Assembly (NCBI GenBank): GCA_001643675.2
Contig: LSRY02000047.1
Coordinates: 682,001-746,000 of the forward strand
Reading direction: 5' to 3'
Length of the DNA stretch: 64,000 nucleotides
From: Monocercomonoides exilis PA203
Lineage: Eukaryota > Protista > Preaxostyla
In this document: positions 37,023-50,511 of the stretch, in pieces
How the letters are laid out: every line of letters begins with the position of its first letter
Position numbering within the stretch: the first letter of the stretch is position 1
Program-made: the position numbers and the translations under genes
Notes under the pieces: model-generated
Seen by the model: only the letters and a program-made list of their open reading frames with translations
The model's database searches: none
What the model was told of the DNA's origin: nothing

Positions 37023-38702
37023 ATGGACGAACAAATATTAGAGGAAAAATTGCCAATAGATGATTTTTTGAAAGTGCATACAGCTTATGATCTTTTACCA
37101 GAAAGCGGAAAGGTGGTTGTGATTGATGTTGGTCTTTCCATTAGTAGTGCCTTTCAGGCTCTTGCTGAAAATGGTTTGTCGCATTTACTGGCTTTAAAAA
37201 AATAGTGTGTAAATGGTTTGCTCATAGGAATAACTTCTGCTCCTCTATGGGACGGAAAACGTCAAGAATACAGTGGAATGCTAACTGTGACTGATATGGC
37301 TGAACTTTTGATTGAATTCTACACATTTCTGACAAAAGAAGAATTTGAGACAAGTTTGGACATTGTCACAATTAGAGAATGGAATCGAACACGCCGTATG
37401 AAGCCAGTTGTTAAAAAAACAGAAGGCTCAGGAGGAACAGTGACAGAAGAGAAACTTCAACTTGCCCGTTTGATTGCCTTTCATTTTTTAGTAAAGGACA
37501 TAAGTAATTTTTGTAATTATCACTGTTAGCTCGCACACCACTGATATTTGTCCATCCTGAAGCATCGTTATACGATACTGCAAAGGCACTTCTCGCACAT
37601 CACATTCACAGGGGTCCAGTTTTGGACACTGATACAAACACCGTTCTCCATGTCATTACTCATGCAAGGATCATTCGCTATCTTGTTTCTCATGTTTGTT
37701 TATTTTTTTTTTTTCAAATAGTTTGTGAAGTCTTTTTTAATTGTTACTGTTTGATAATCAGTGGAAAAGTGATCGTCGGCTCTTACAGCGTACAATGTCA
37801 TCGCTTGGCATAGGCGTTTTTGCGAAGCTTGGAAACCAGGAAGAGACAAAAGACAATTCTGAAGAAAGTCAAAAAGGGCAAGACGATGAAAAACCAGAGA
37901 ACAAAGAATTCTTGTCAGGCGAAGAAAAATCATCAACAAGTGAAAATGATCCAAAGGAAGAGGAGAAAGCAGACGAGGCATCAAAAGCTAAGAAAGAGCA
38001 GAGAGAGGTGCAAGGCGACGAAGTGGTGTGTGTGTCGTCGAGTGCGACAGTCATTGAAGTTCTGCGGCTGATGCAGCGGAAGCATCTGTCAGCTGTGCCT
38101 GTTGTTGAAGGCGTCGGCTGTGAGAAGGAAAACGAGATGGTTCCACCTCATCTGCAGGCGAAGTGGAAGAAGGAGGCGGAAGAAAAGGAGAAGGAGAAGG
38201 GGAAAGAGAGTGAAGGAGGAGAAGAGAAGAAAGAAAAGGAACAGAAAGAAGATGAAAGAGAAGCGGAGATGAATGCGACGGGCAGCAATGGAGCACGAAA
38301 GAGAGGGAAAGTTGTGGGGCTGTATTCGCTTTCAGACATTCGTTATCTTCCATTGCATCGTCTGCACTCTGCTTTGTCGATGAATGTGATGCAAGCACTG
38401 CGAACGAGAAGAGGACTAAATGTTTGCGACTTTTGTTTTTTTAATGTGTAACTTTCTTTCTTTTCTTTTCTTTTCATTTCTTTTCTTTTCTTTGTATATT
38501 CATTCATTCATTCATTAATCAGATCCCTCCTCTCGTCGATGGCCAGCCGAAAGTGCACACGTGCCACCGGAACGACAAGCTGGTGGATGTGCTGAAGATT
38601 CTGGCAGGCAACAACATCCACCGGGCAGTTGTTGTTGACGACGAAGGGTGTCTCGACGGCGTCATCTCAGTCAACGACATCCTCCGCTTCTTCACTTCAT
38701 AA
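37023..38702 (+). CDS. SNF4: AMPK/SNF1 gamma subunit (four CBS domains)
   Basis: FLKVHTAYDLLPESGKVVVID..AFQALAENG|ITSAPLWD..GMLTVTD; HIHRGPVLD; IHRAVVVD..GVISVNDILRF; start may lie in an upstream exon. Confidence 0.9.
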
Positions 38703-38876
38703 GAATGAATGGAGGGGGGAAAGAATTGAATAAAAAATTAAATAAAATAATTTTATTTTATTTTATTTTAATCTTTGTTTGTTGATTGATTGATTGGTTG
38801 GTTGATTGAAGGCATTAATTGTGGAATCTTATTTTTGAGTTTATTTTATATTATTTTTTTATATTTCACTTCTTTC

Positions 38877-39066
38877 TTTCTCTTTCTCTTTCTCTTTCTC
38901 TTTCTCTTTCTCTTTCTCTTTCTCTTTCTCTTTCTCTTTCTCTTTCTCTTTCTCTTTCTCTTTCTCTTTCTCTTTCTCTTTCTCTTTCTCTTTCTCTTTC
39001 TCTTTCTCTTTCTCTTTCTCTTTCTCTTTCTCTTTCTCTTTCTCTTTCTCTTTCTCTTTCTCTTTC
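38877..39066. repeat. (TTTCTC)n microsatellite, about 31 copies
   Basis: Perfect hexamer tandem run. Confidence 0.98.
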
Positions 39067-39940
39067 TTTGTCTTTCTTTCTCTTTATCTTTCTCTTTATT
39101 TCAATTATTTCGTTGAACATTATCTTTATATCAACTATATCCACTTTTTTTTTTTATATTTTAATGAAACGAAAAAAAGTCAAAATGTTGTATTTGATCT
39201 CTTTTTCTCGTTCTTTCATCAAGCCTAACAGATGCTTCTGTTTCAAGCACATCACAAATTCAGTCGATTCTTTTGATTTGAACTTTTAAATGAATGTGGT
39301 TGTTATTCAATTTCTTTCTGATTTCTTATTTCTTCCTTCTTCCTTCTTCCTTCTTCCTTTTTCCCACTTTTTATTCTTATTAATTCTCTCCCCTCATCTG
39401 CAAGTTTTCGTTCTCCTTCTTTTTTGAAGTGTTATTTTTTAGTGAAGTGAGAATCCTTCTTTTTCTATTCTAATTAATATTCTTTCTTTCTTTCCTTCTT
39501 TTTCTTCTTTTTTTAAATTTAAAAAAAAAAGTCCATATTTCAGATAAATAAAAAAAACAAAAACAAACATAAGCAGTTTCTAGAAAAGCTACAAGTGTTT
39601 AGAAATAGACAGCAGCGCGAAGTGGATGGAAATTGCTGCTTGCAAATGAAAAAGAAAGTGAAAAATAAAAAGAAAAATAAAATGAAAAAATATCAAAATG
39701 CTTTTTTTATAAAGGCTGAAAGAATAAGAAAGGAAAAGATAGGAAGAAAGAAAAAGAAAGAAAAAGAAAGAAAGAAAGAAATTGAGCGATTGAGCGAGAA
39801 CAAACAAGATTAAACCAGTCAAGTAGATACAATTACTTCTGTTACTATACATACACGAGAAAAGGAGGGGAAAAATAAAAGAAATAAAATAAAAAAAGAA
39901 ATATATACAAAAAAGAGAGTAGAAAACACATAAAAGAAGA

Positions 39941-42596
39941 TTAAGCAAGGCGTGAAGTGGGAATGCGCTGGGACGGGCGAGGCGCAGGTTGCTGTCTGGA
40001 AAGAATGGAATACAACGATGTTGGTCTTGATGAAATAGGACGAGAAGAAGAAGAAGATGATGATGAAGAGGAAGAGGAAGAAGAAGAACGATAGCCAATT
40101 GGCCCATTAATCGAAGACCTGACAGGATGTGCTGGGGGTAGGCGCGGGTCTCTGTGATAGGCAGCACTATAAGCAGAAGAAGAGGAAGAAGAAGAGGAGG
40201 AGGAAGAAGAAGTACCAGGAGTAGAAGAACGAACAGAGGAACGAGAAGAAGAAGAACCAGAAGAAGAAGAAGGTCTGCCAGAAGAAGGCGTTGAACGAGA
40301 AGAGGCAGAGCCAGGGCGAGGCGATATGCTCAGAGAAGGACGCGAAAGCGAAGGAATTGGAATTGAAAAGCGCTGGTGGCTGGATGGGATGTGCTCATGT
40401 TCAGAAGGATGAGAAGAAGAAGAAGAAGAAGAAGAAGAGGAGGAGGAGGAGGAAGAGGAGGAAGAAATAGAAGAATGAGAAGAATGAGGAAGAGAAGAGT
40501 GGGAAACAGAAGAAGAAGATGTCGAATGTGGAAGATGATCAATGGATGAAACATGAGAAGAAGAGGAAGAAGGAAGAGGAACAAAAGAAATGTGAGGATT
40601 TTGAGCAGCAGAAGAGGAAGAAGAAGAGGAAGAGGAAGAAGATGATGATGAACCTGCCCCAGATATTCTGGAAGCTGATGAAGGCCTTGAAAGATTAGTT
40701 GCAGAAGCAGAAGAAGAAGACGACGAAGAAGACGTAACAGACGAATGATGGCTAATTGCAGAAACCGATCTCACAATAGACGGTTTTGCATCTTCTGTTG
40801 AGGAAGAGGAAGAGACTGCTTCAGAAGCATGTGGCATTGGCAGCTGCTTCACTGAAGGTGTTGGAGTGATCGACGAAGGCGTGCTTGGCTTAGAGGCGGA
40901 TGAGTACGACACAGAACTCGGAGGGGGAGTAACCGACCGTCCAATCGCTGAAGAGGAAGAGGAAGAAGAGGAAGAAGAAGATGATGACGATGAAGCAATA
41001 CCTAAATGCGACCTTTGCCCTTCTCCATCTGCACTCATCGCATTCATCGCACTCACAGCGCCCACAGACTTCGCTCTTCCAGCATCGTGTGGCGTGGCCA
41101 GCTTGTCTCCATCGCCATAAGCCGGCGCCGGCAGCCTCAGCTGCTTCGAAATGCGCGAAATCTCGCGGGGAATTTTGATCGTGCTTTTCAGCACAAACGT
41201 CGGGGACGACTTCATCGGCGTGTGCGTCTTCACTTTGTCCTGGAGGAAGTCGATCCGCAGCTGCTCCACTTTCTCCTTCACGATCGGCAGCGCCAGCACC
41301 CTGTCCACATTCCACCTTCTCTCCGGGTCCACAATAAGCAGGTTGCTCACCACGTCTTTGATCTCCTTCGAGTATATTGGCGGAGGAGGAGTGTATTTGC
41401 CTGACTTCACAGCTCGTGATAGCGCTTGCATTGAGCTCCCGTCAAAGGGGCGGGTGAGTGTTAGAAGCTCGTAGAGGACTACGCCCAGAGACCACGCATC
41501 GCTTTTCGCATTGTAAGGGCGGTTGGAAAAGATTTCTGGTGAGATGTAATAGGGCGTTCCCTAAATTTAATGAAAAGAATTGAATATGTGTGTGTGTTTT
41601 CATGCAAAATGAAAGAAAGTGTAATTTATACAAAATATAAAAATAATGTTAATTGCATCGCTAAATATAGTTATAGAAAATTTTACTGTGACAAACAATG
41701 CTGGTGCGTGCAAGTGCGTTACTACTTCTCAGAATCTTAGCAACGCCAAGATCTCCTAATTTAATCACTCTTCCTGTTGAAATAAACACGTTCGCGCTTT
41801 TTATGTCCTTTATTCGCAAAATGTTATTAAAAATTTCAATTAATTGAAGAAAAAATATTTTAACAAATTCCACAATTTGAATATTCGTAGCACACTCTAT
41901 GAAGTACATTTTGCTTGTGAAGAAACGATAAAGCACGACACATCTGAATAAAATATATCCAAATAACATCTTCTGAAAAGTACCGCCGTGCTGTTTTTGC
42001 TGTCTTTATTTTATTCAGAATGTCGCCATCTTCCGCAAATTCAGTTATCTGAATTATTTTTTCAAATTTTGGCATATTTGATGCAAAAAGAAGAATAAAA
42101 AGAAGAGATCATACAATATACAATTTATCATTTTCAACAAATGCTTCTCTATATCTCGTTATGTTTGGATGCTTTACAGATGCCAGAAGTCGAATTTCAT
42201 TCATGGCATCTTCTCTAATGTAATTCAGAACATTCAAATAAAAGTATGCAAAAAGAAAATTTGCATATAGTTCTATATACCTTTCCTTTTGAGACATGTA
42301 TCGAATTGAAATTTCTTTCAAACAATATCTAAGATTGATCAATATTTAAAATTGTATTTAACAAGAAAAAAAACAATTATTTGCTGTAGCAATGAAATTT
42401 ACAACGCATACATTTTACCATCTACATTTCTACGGACTTGATGACTTCAAAGTTAAAAATGTGAAAAAAAACACAGAAAAATATTAGAGTGTTTAAAAAC
42501 TCAACTTTAATAAACAAAAAATTTTAGCATCCCAGACCAAGATCCAAAACTTCCTTTCCCCAAAAATTTTAAAAAAGTGAATGCCTTTACAGACAT
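39941..42596 (-). CDS. NEK (NIMA-related) kinase with long Ser-rich tail
   Basis: LGKGSFG, CLKEI, NEIRLLASVKHPNI, HRDIKSANVF, KLGDLG, GTPYYISPE, PYNAKSDAWSLG; about 6 introns in the kinase domain. Confidence 0.93.
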
Positions 42597-42816
42597 CTTA
42601 AAGGGGAATAATTGCTTTAAGTTTTTCAAATAATAATCCCTTTATAATTTGAATTTCCATTTCGTTATTTCATTTTGAAAATGGTTGACTGACATGTTAT
42701 AAGCATTGCATTGATAAAAAATTTGCAATCAATCACTGCATTCAAAAACTCACACCCATTAGAAACAAAACTATTTCAATTTTTGAGAATTAATTTTTTT
42801 TTTCTCGTAGTTGTTT

Positions 42817-44311
42817 ATGGATTACAAGCAAGAGGGTATGAAACATTTTCTATCTTTATTTTGTTTATAAAATAAAAAAATTGTTTTGATTTTTGGTGCA
42901 AGAATTTATCAAACCGCCATTATCTTTTGATGCAGTTATCATTGACGATCCCAGACCACCTCCAATTTCTTACAGAGCAATTTATAAAAGACAGAAAGAA
43001 TTAAAGGAAGCTTCGATTTCTCAAAATCCAGTTAGCGTTTCACGGCCACCATTAAGAAAGACATCAAAATTAAGTGAAGATCCTTCTGCTTTGAGAAGTA
43101 AAAAGATGGATACACAAAAAGACTCCACTTTGGAGAGAAATGGAACTGCTATTATTATAACTCCAAAGCCGTCAGTTGGCAGAGCAGGCAATCCTCTTTC
43201 GACACCTGCAATTGTTTCAACAAAAAATAATTTCAAACATCAGAACGTATCGCCAAGAATCAACACGCAGCAGGCAGATAAAATTGAGAAGCAAGAACAA
43301 CCCATAAAAATTCAAGACAAGCACGAATCCACTGAAGCTAAAACAAATCAACGTTCAACAACATCTGCCAAAAAATCAATCATTTCTCCAAAAGCAGATT
43401 TTATACAGGAAAAAAAAATTCCTCAGCCACCGTCTCCTGCTCCATTAAAACTGGTCACATCACAAGATCAGCACAATTTTTTTGTCACAACGCTTCGCAA
43501 CGACGAGCCAATCATCATTCAAGACTCCAATTCATTTAACCCCTCTTCTTCCATTTCAATGACAACAACACCAAAACCAACAAAGTCTCGTGGTGGGTTT
43601 TCCAAAGATTTGACCGAATCTCCGTTTCCTCCGCCTCTTCCTGCATATGAATACCGTTCTTCTCTTCATTCATCTTCTAACTCCACAGCCTCTTTTGGAA
43701 AATCTGCATTTTGCTCTTCTTCAGACACGGTGCTTCTTCCCCTTTCGCGCAAGCAGCGCGACTGGATGGTCGGCCGGGTGATTGAAAGAGAAGGCATAGA
43801 CATCATGACAGACTCTCTCGTCAACAAAGCCCAACGATCCGGCATTGAAAGTGGCTCAAGCACAGCCAGGAATGAGTCTTATGCTTCATCTGCTTCATCT
43901 GCTCCATCAGTAGATCAGCGCTCCACTCAGAAGTTAGTTAGCACGCCGATAAAATTGCCTCCGTATTCGTCTTCAACAAGCCGTTCTTCAACTGCATCCA
44001 CGACTTGGCTTGGATCAGCTCGCCAGTCACGAACAATCGGCACGCCAACAGCAAAACATACAAACACACCTTCCACTCCTCCAACATATTACAGAACATC
44101 CCTCAACCCTCAGACGCCTTCTTCCTTCTCTGCAACTAGCTCCTCGACGTCTTTCCCATTCTCCTCTTCGTTCGAGTCTGAGCCGCCTCAAACACTTCAT
44201 CCGTCTGTCCCTTACACATACACCCCATCAGCGCGGTCGCCAGCACATTTTAACACATTTCTCATTCGCACAGCATCACAGCCGCAACTCCACACGCATT
44301 TGTCTGCTTGA
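42817..44311 (+). CDS. Hypothetical low-complexity Ser/Thr/Pro-rich protein
   Basis: 472-aa ORF plus a probable short first exon (MDYKQE) and GT-AG intron; no recognisable domain. Confidence 0.6.
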
Positions 44312-44487
44312 CGGGAGAATGCAAGTGACTTCATTAAATTGCTCTTATTGAAAAATATGCTTTAGATGTTATAATGGAGATTGAACTGTGGTTGCTGTAA
44401 TACAAACCCGCTAAATATATATGCTTCGAATTAAGCAAATGGCAGATAAAAAATGAAAATTAACTCACTAAATAAATAAAGTTTTTA

Positions 44488-47400
44488 TTACTCAAAAGAG
44501 CGAGAAGCCGCGAATGAAATGGAGCAAAAGTTCTGAGAATCTGAATTGAGTGTGTCTGCCCACGTGATGCATGGCTCTGTGTGAGGAAAATGTCCTTTTT
44601 GGATGTTTTGAAGCATCTCGACAAAACTTGGACCAAATTCTGAGGAAGACAGGCAGCATATTTCGATGTTGCATACATCGGAAGTGTTCAGAGAATGCCT
44701 GAGGTTAAAAAAAAAATGCGATTAATGGCAATGTTAAAAAATATTAATGTATTGCAGAAATAAAATAAAATATAAAAAAATAAATTCAACAATACAATAA
44801 GCCAAACTGGTTAATCACTGAACCCAAATGTCTGAAAACGCTTTCTGCAAGTTCTGAATATATGCTCTTGCAATCCGTTGCAGCTGCTTCTGTTTGTTTT
44901 CCTTCTGAAGAAGAAGAGGAAGGGGAAGAAGAAGACTCAGAATGAGGCATCGCTCTTTGCGAGATCAGCACATGGCCAGCAGCACACAGCTGTGCAACTG
45001 CGCGGTATTCGCAGGAGAGTTTGAAGGGCAAAGGAACATCTTTGTACTCCACTCGAAATGCAGCTGTCTCTGGCTGGTTTGGAAGCCTGCACAGGATTGA
45101 TTCTAAGCTCATGCATTTTGTTTCGTTCTGTTCGTTTTTTGCTGAATTTGTTGAGAGTTTTTCTTTTTCTTCTTCTTTTTCTTCATCATTTTTCTGTTCT
45201 TCTGCTTCCATCTCACGTTTAACTTGTTTTATTGCAGAGCTAACAAAGCTCTGTGCAAAAAGAGTTGGAATAATATTTACATGAAATCGCAACTGATTTG
45301 AAAGAAGTGAAGAAAGTTGAGTGGAAGAGCAGTCCACAGACGAAGACGAAGAAGAAGAAGGGTGATTGATATGTATTATTTGTACAAGAGTTGGCGGAAG
45401 AGATTCCAAAAGCTTAACCTGAGCAGAGGTTAGTTTTAAAAGTTCCATGATATCTTCATTGAACAAATAATCGTCTTCCTCTTCCTCTTCTTCCTCTTCT
45501 TCGTTACTATCATCCTCCTCCTCGTCTTCTTCTATTTCGAGTCCTTCTTTTTCTCTCTCTTCTTTTTCTTTCTGTCTAATCGTCCACACAACAGATCCTT
45601 TTTTCTTCTTCAATTTGAAATAGAAGAGTTCAGGATGCTCGTAAATCTCTCTCTCTTTCTTTTTTTTCTGGAATCGCTCGTTGAAAAGAGCAATCAATGC
45701 AAAACGCACAAAGTCAATGGGATCAAAGGCTTCCGTACAGCGTGAGCAAGTCTTCTGGTATTCCACAAAACTTCTATCAAACTCAATTTCTTCAGCATTT
45801 TTCGCCTGTGAAGAAAGCTGCTGCTGTTCTTCAACAGCAATGCAAACTGTCAGTTGAAGAAGATTGGATATAAAATCGACCGAACTGGAGTTGCATTCAT
45901 TGGCAAAGGAATAAAGAGAGCGGAAGATTGCAAGGGGAAGAGAAAGACTCGAAGAAGCAAACGACAGCTCAACCTCTGAAGTGCTTTGCTTCTGTTTAGA
46001 TGTATCTCTTTTTTCCTTTCCTACTTCTGTTTCTGTTTCTGCTTCTCCTGCTGTTGCTTCTTCTGTTGGACTTAGTGGAATTCCCTCTTCTTTTGGTTTG
46101 TGTTTGTTATTTAACTGGTCAGTTGACGAATTTCCCAAGCAATTGAAAGGCACAGCATCTGAACAGAAAGTGAGTGCATCTGCTTCTCTGATGTGGCTAA
46201 CAGGCCATCCGTTGAGCGATGGAAACAGAGGCTGCAGCGACAAGACACGCACACACTGATGAGAAGGAAAATGGTTAACTGGAGCTGTTGAGGAGGACGA
46301 AATCTGATCTGCTGAATGAAGACGACAGATTGCATGAAGTGTGCACAAAGCAGATTCGCAACAAAAATTGGATTTGCCTCCAAAACTAATGTTAGATACA
46401 GGAAATGATTGAGGAACAGTAGTGCGTTCAGGCTGTGAAGAGAACAGAATGTCTGAGAGGGCACTGCGAATCAACGCTGTAATTGAGTCAATGGTGCCAA
46501 ATTCTGAAGGGTTGATGTGAATGCGGAGCGAAATGACGTTTTCTCGGAGAATAGAGCTGATGTGTGCTGGGGCTAGTTCCGAGTCTGTTTCTAAAGAATG
46601 CGGATGAATTCTTTGCTTAATTGAGAGAGCCAACTGGTGAAGAAGTGAAGTGATGCAGTTGGACAGAAATTGCTCAGACGAAACTTGATCAGAACTCGAA
46701 GAAGAACTGGACATTTTTTCGTTAATGGCATCCGAAGATAGAATATGAGTGAATGTTGCGAAATATGATGCGCATGAAGAGTGTGACGCTTCCAATGAGT
46801 TTCTTGTTGAGCCTTCTTCGTGAATTGGAGGAAGTGGTGTGAAGAACTTAGCCAGCAGAGCCAGGTCTTTGTGAGATGGAACAGGAACTGGAGTGACAAT
46901 TCGAAGAGAATGAGAGCTGGATGAAGGAAGCGAAGGAAAAGTTTCATGCTCTGAAGATTGATTGCGCTCATCAATGGGAGGAGGCGCACTAAACACGAGG
47001 TACCCAGGCGGATCAAACAGACGATCGTCTCCGTCAATCACACGCCAGGCACAAAACTCTTTGAGATCATTTTTTTCTACTTTGTCTGAATCCTTCTTGG
47101 TTACACAATTATCGGAAATTGGAGATGAAGATCTGATGAGATAAGCATTCCAGTGCAATGAGCCGTATCTAAAAAGGGCAGGACAGTCACAAACAAGTGT
47201 TTCATACTCTCCTCCTTCTCCACATACGTTCACACCATATTGTTTGTGCTGAATGAATAAACATAAAAAAATAACAAGAAAATACAGGGAAATTATTTTT
47301 TTGAGTAATTTGATACAAACGCAACAAATATCAATCAATTATAATAAAAATAAAAATGTACCGCGTTCATTAATAGTGTAAATACTTCATCAAGCCTCTT

Positions 47401-48144
47401 TCCAAGTATTTTTCGTGGTGGTAATCCTGCAGCAGCAACTTTCACCAAAATCGCATTAACCCCATCTTCTAGCATCGAATTAAGCAAAATTGGTTGGGGG
47501 ATGTGCCATAGAAGTGAAACGTTCTGCAAGCCAAGACGAGAACAACTTTTTTTGATGTTATTTATTAAAATATTCATGCATATTTTATGAAATATAGACA
47601 GCATACACATTTTCAACTCTTTCCCTCTGATAATCAGATGCTATGGCGCCTGTTGAAACATATTGCAGTTGTGGAAATTTGTCCTGTCAAAGGAAAGTCT
47701 TTTTGATTTTAATCAAATAATATGCACACTTTGACAGATGACAAAAGCAAAAACATGTCCTCAACCTCATCTCCACTTGTTTCTGTGTATTCCATATTCA
47801 AGGATTTTGATTTTCTGCACAAGAAAAAAAAATTATGATAAAAATTATCATTTATAAAGTCAAAACCCCGTAATAATCTTTCTGAAAAATTGCACCCCAA
47901 TACATTTTTCTTGTGAAACAACACCAAGTGTACCTACACTCTGAAACATATAGCTATCAAGTTCTTCCACTTTACAAAAAGACAATAATAAATAAAAAAA
48001 CGAATAAATAAAAATAGAAGCACCTCCATCTGGTGGACTTAAAGAAGCAATTGCAACTAAAGAAAGTCCAGCTTTTTTGCATTGCAACAAATTGTAGATG
48101 CTGTCCTTTCCTCCAGAAACGAGTCCACAAAGTTGATTAATCAT
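44488..48144 (-). CDS. DPH6: Diphthine--ammonia ligase with long divergent C-terminal extension
   Basis: GLVSGGKDS PP-loop, ELDSYMFQSVG, GDEVEDM, GAIASDYQRERVE, CSRLGL..LW, NVCGEGGEYETLVCDCP. Confidence 0.93.
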
Positions 48145-48617
48145 TATTATGGGACATATGTATGCGATTTCAGAATGAATTAATACAAAAAAAGTTTGAT
48201 AAATCAATCTGTTTTTAAAAAATTAGCTTGTTAATCATTGATAAAATAAAATGTAATTGTTTTATGAAGACAAAAGATTCAAAGATTAATTTGTTTGTTC
48301 TGAAAAGGAAAGCAAATGCAAGATAGAAATTTTATTGATGCATGTATTATTCTGACTGTGATAAAATAAAAAAATACTTAGATAACTTTGGGCACTCTGT
48401 TATTATAAAAGTAAAAAAGTAATAGAGACAGAAATAAAAAATTCTTCAAAATATGAACAATATGAGAACGAGAAAGATCGAATAATATAGCTGATTAAAT
48501 TGAGATGAAGCGTTAAAGGCAATGAAAGAAATGCGACACGGAAATAGTCTGCTTCTTTTTATTCATTTTTATTTCAAATTCATAAAATAGCGCGGTTCAT
48601 TTCACCTGCATTTGTCC

Positions 48618-49896
48618 TTACTTTGGCATGATATTTGACATATTTCCTTGCAAAGCAAACACATCCCAGTTAATCTTTGTCTTTGAGCGAGGAAGTTTCA
48701 TTCGAAGTGCTCTGAAAGAAGATTCTGCAAGGCGGATAAAGGATTCGTCGATGGATTGCTGGAACTTCTGCTCTTCAGAAATGATGGCATTCTTCACATC
48801 CTTTGCAATCTGTGCCAAGTTTTCCTAAATATAAAGAAAGAAGCACAATCACATTAAAACATAAAATTGAAGTTTATAGAAAATGATTTGAAATTATAGT
48901 TCAAATGAAAGCAAACGCTTGCATTTATTTTCCTCTCTGCTCTATCCTCGGTGTTAAGATGAACATTTCCAGCTTCAAAGAAATGTGCAGCAACAGACAT
49001 CTCTCCAGAAAGCTGGTGCTTATCCTCACTAAGTTCAAGTATCCACGTGGATTTCCACTGCCCTCCCCTTAAATGAAAAAATCAACATAACCAATTTTTT
49101 TATTGTAAAATGCTAAAAATAACTGCATACCACATTGATTTTGGATTAACTTTAGTGGAGTTTATGCAAATAATAATTGCTTTTCCGCCATCATCTGAGT
49201 CGCTTGCGAATACTGAGCAAACGCCATCGGGGAAGTGATCGCTAACATATTTTGTTATTGCATCATCGATGGCTTTGCTATTGAATCACGAAGTATATAC
49301 AGTTACTCTCAAGTCTCATTTTTCCAAAAAAAAAAAAAAATCAAACCGAAGTGGTTCGTGTTCTGCTGTGGATTCTTCTTCAAGGGGTTGCACATCTGTT
49401 ACAGTCTGATATTTAAAATGATTGAATCAATATTTCATCTTCTTTTTTAGCATTAAGAATGCAAGCCTTTGTTGAATGATCATATGTAATGATACGCTTT
49501 CCTCTTGGATCAAGGTAGTGCGTGTCATCAAGTTCTCCAAATTGACAAATTAGCATCTTTAATAGATCGATATATTCAAAAATTTTTGTATTGGAGAATA
49601 AAATCAAACTTTCTCTTTTGTTTCAGGAATTGTAACAACTTGATATTGTTCGATATGTCTCTGGTGGAAATATTGCTCCTTCAAAGGGCTTAAATCTTTC
49701 GAATCTCCAACAATTGTTTCGAGTGCTGAAAGTTTTGACACACGAAAATGAAGAAATATCATTCAAAAATTTTTCCAAAGATTATCAAACCTTGATATAC
49801 ATCATTTTCTTCCTGTGGAGGAGATGAAAGAATAAATCTCCCAATTGTTTCTTGGAAGTCAGTTTCTTCATCAATGGGCTGTTCTTCCTCAGTCAT
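48618..49896 (-). CDS. CAPZA: F-actin capping protein alpha subunit (spliced)
   Basis: FILSSPPQEENDV, YLDPR, WRGQWKSTW, AHFFEAGNVHL, FRALRMKLPRSKTKINWD. Confidence 0.92.
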
Positions 49897-50511
49897 GTTT
49901 TTCTGTTCAACCGTATGGGTTGATCGATATAAAGCAACAATTATTATTAATGAGCAACATTTTTTTCAATAAACGTCCAAAGCATCCACATACGTGTTAA
50001 TAAAAAAGTTGATTAGAAAATAGAAAAAGAGATAAATAATCTCAATGCGAAAATGAATCGTTTTTGTTGAAGAAGAAATTGTTAAGAAAAGGATTATCAA
50101 TCATTTTTCCAATATTTCTCCTGTGAAAATAATATTTTTGAATCTTCTTTAAATAACTCTTTTATTTAACCTATTTCAAAATGTTAAAACAAATGTAATT
50201 TACCAAATTTGTTTGTAATATGCGCTTCTTTACGAATATCAATGAGTCAGAAATGAGATGATGATTAATGAAAGAGCATTAACACTCAGACAGATGAAAC
50301 GACAAACAATGCTTTCATAGGGAAAAAATAATAATAATTAAAAACAGAAGAAAAGAAAAATTATTGGAAAGAAACTTTATAATTCTTGCGCGCACAAAAA
50401 AGACAGAAACTCTACATTATAATAAAATGCATTTTGAATAAAAATAAATTTCTTTTCTCCATTCGGATCAAATGGAAGGGATACACAAAGACAGGTTAAA
50501 GGAAGTTGGAT

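Noticed and set aside
38790-39289. ORFs of (FL)n, (SL)n and (ER)n
   Set aside because: Translations of the TTTCTC microsatellite
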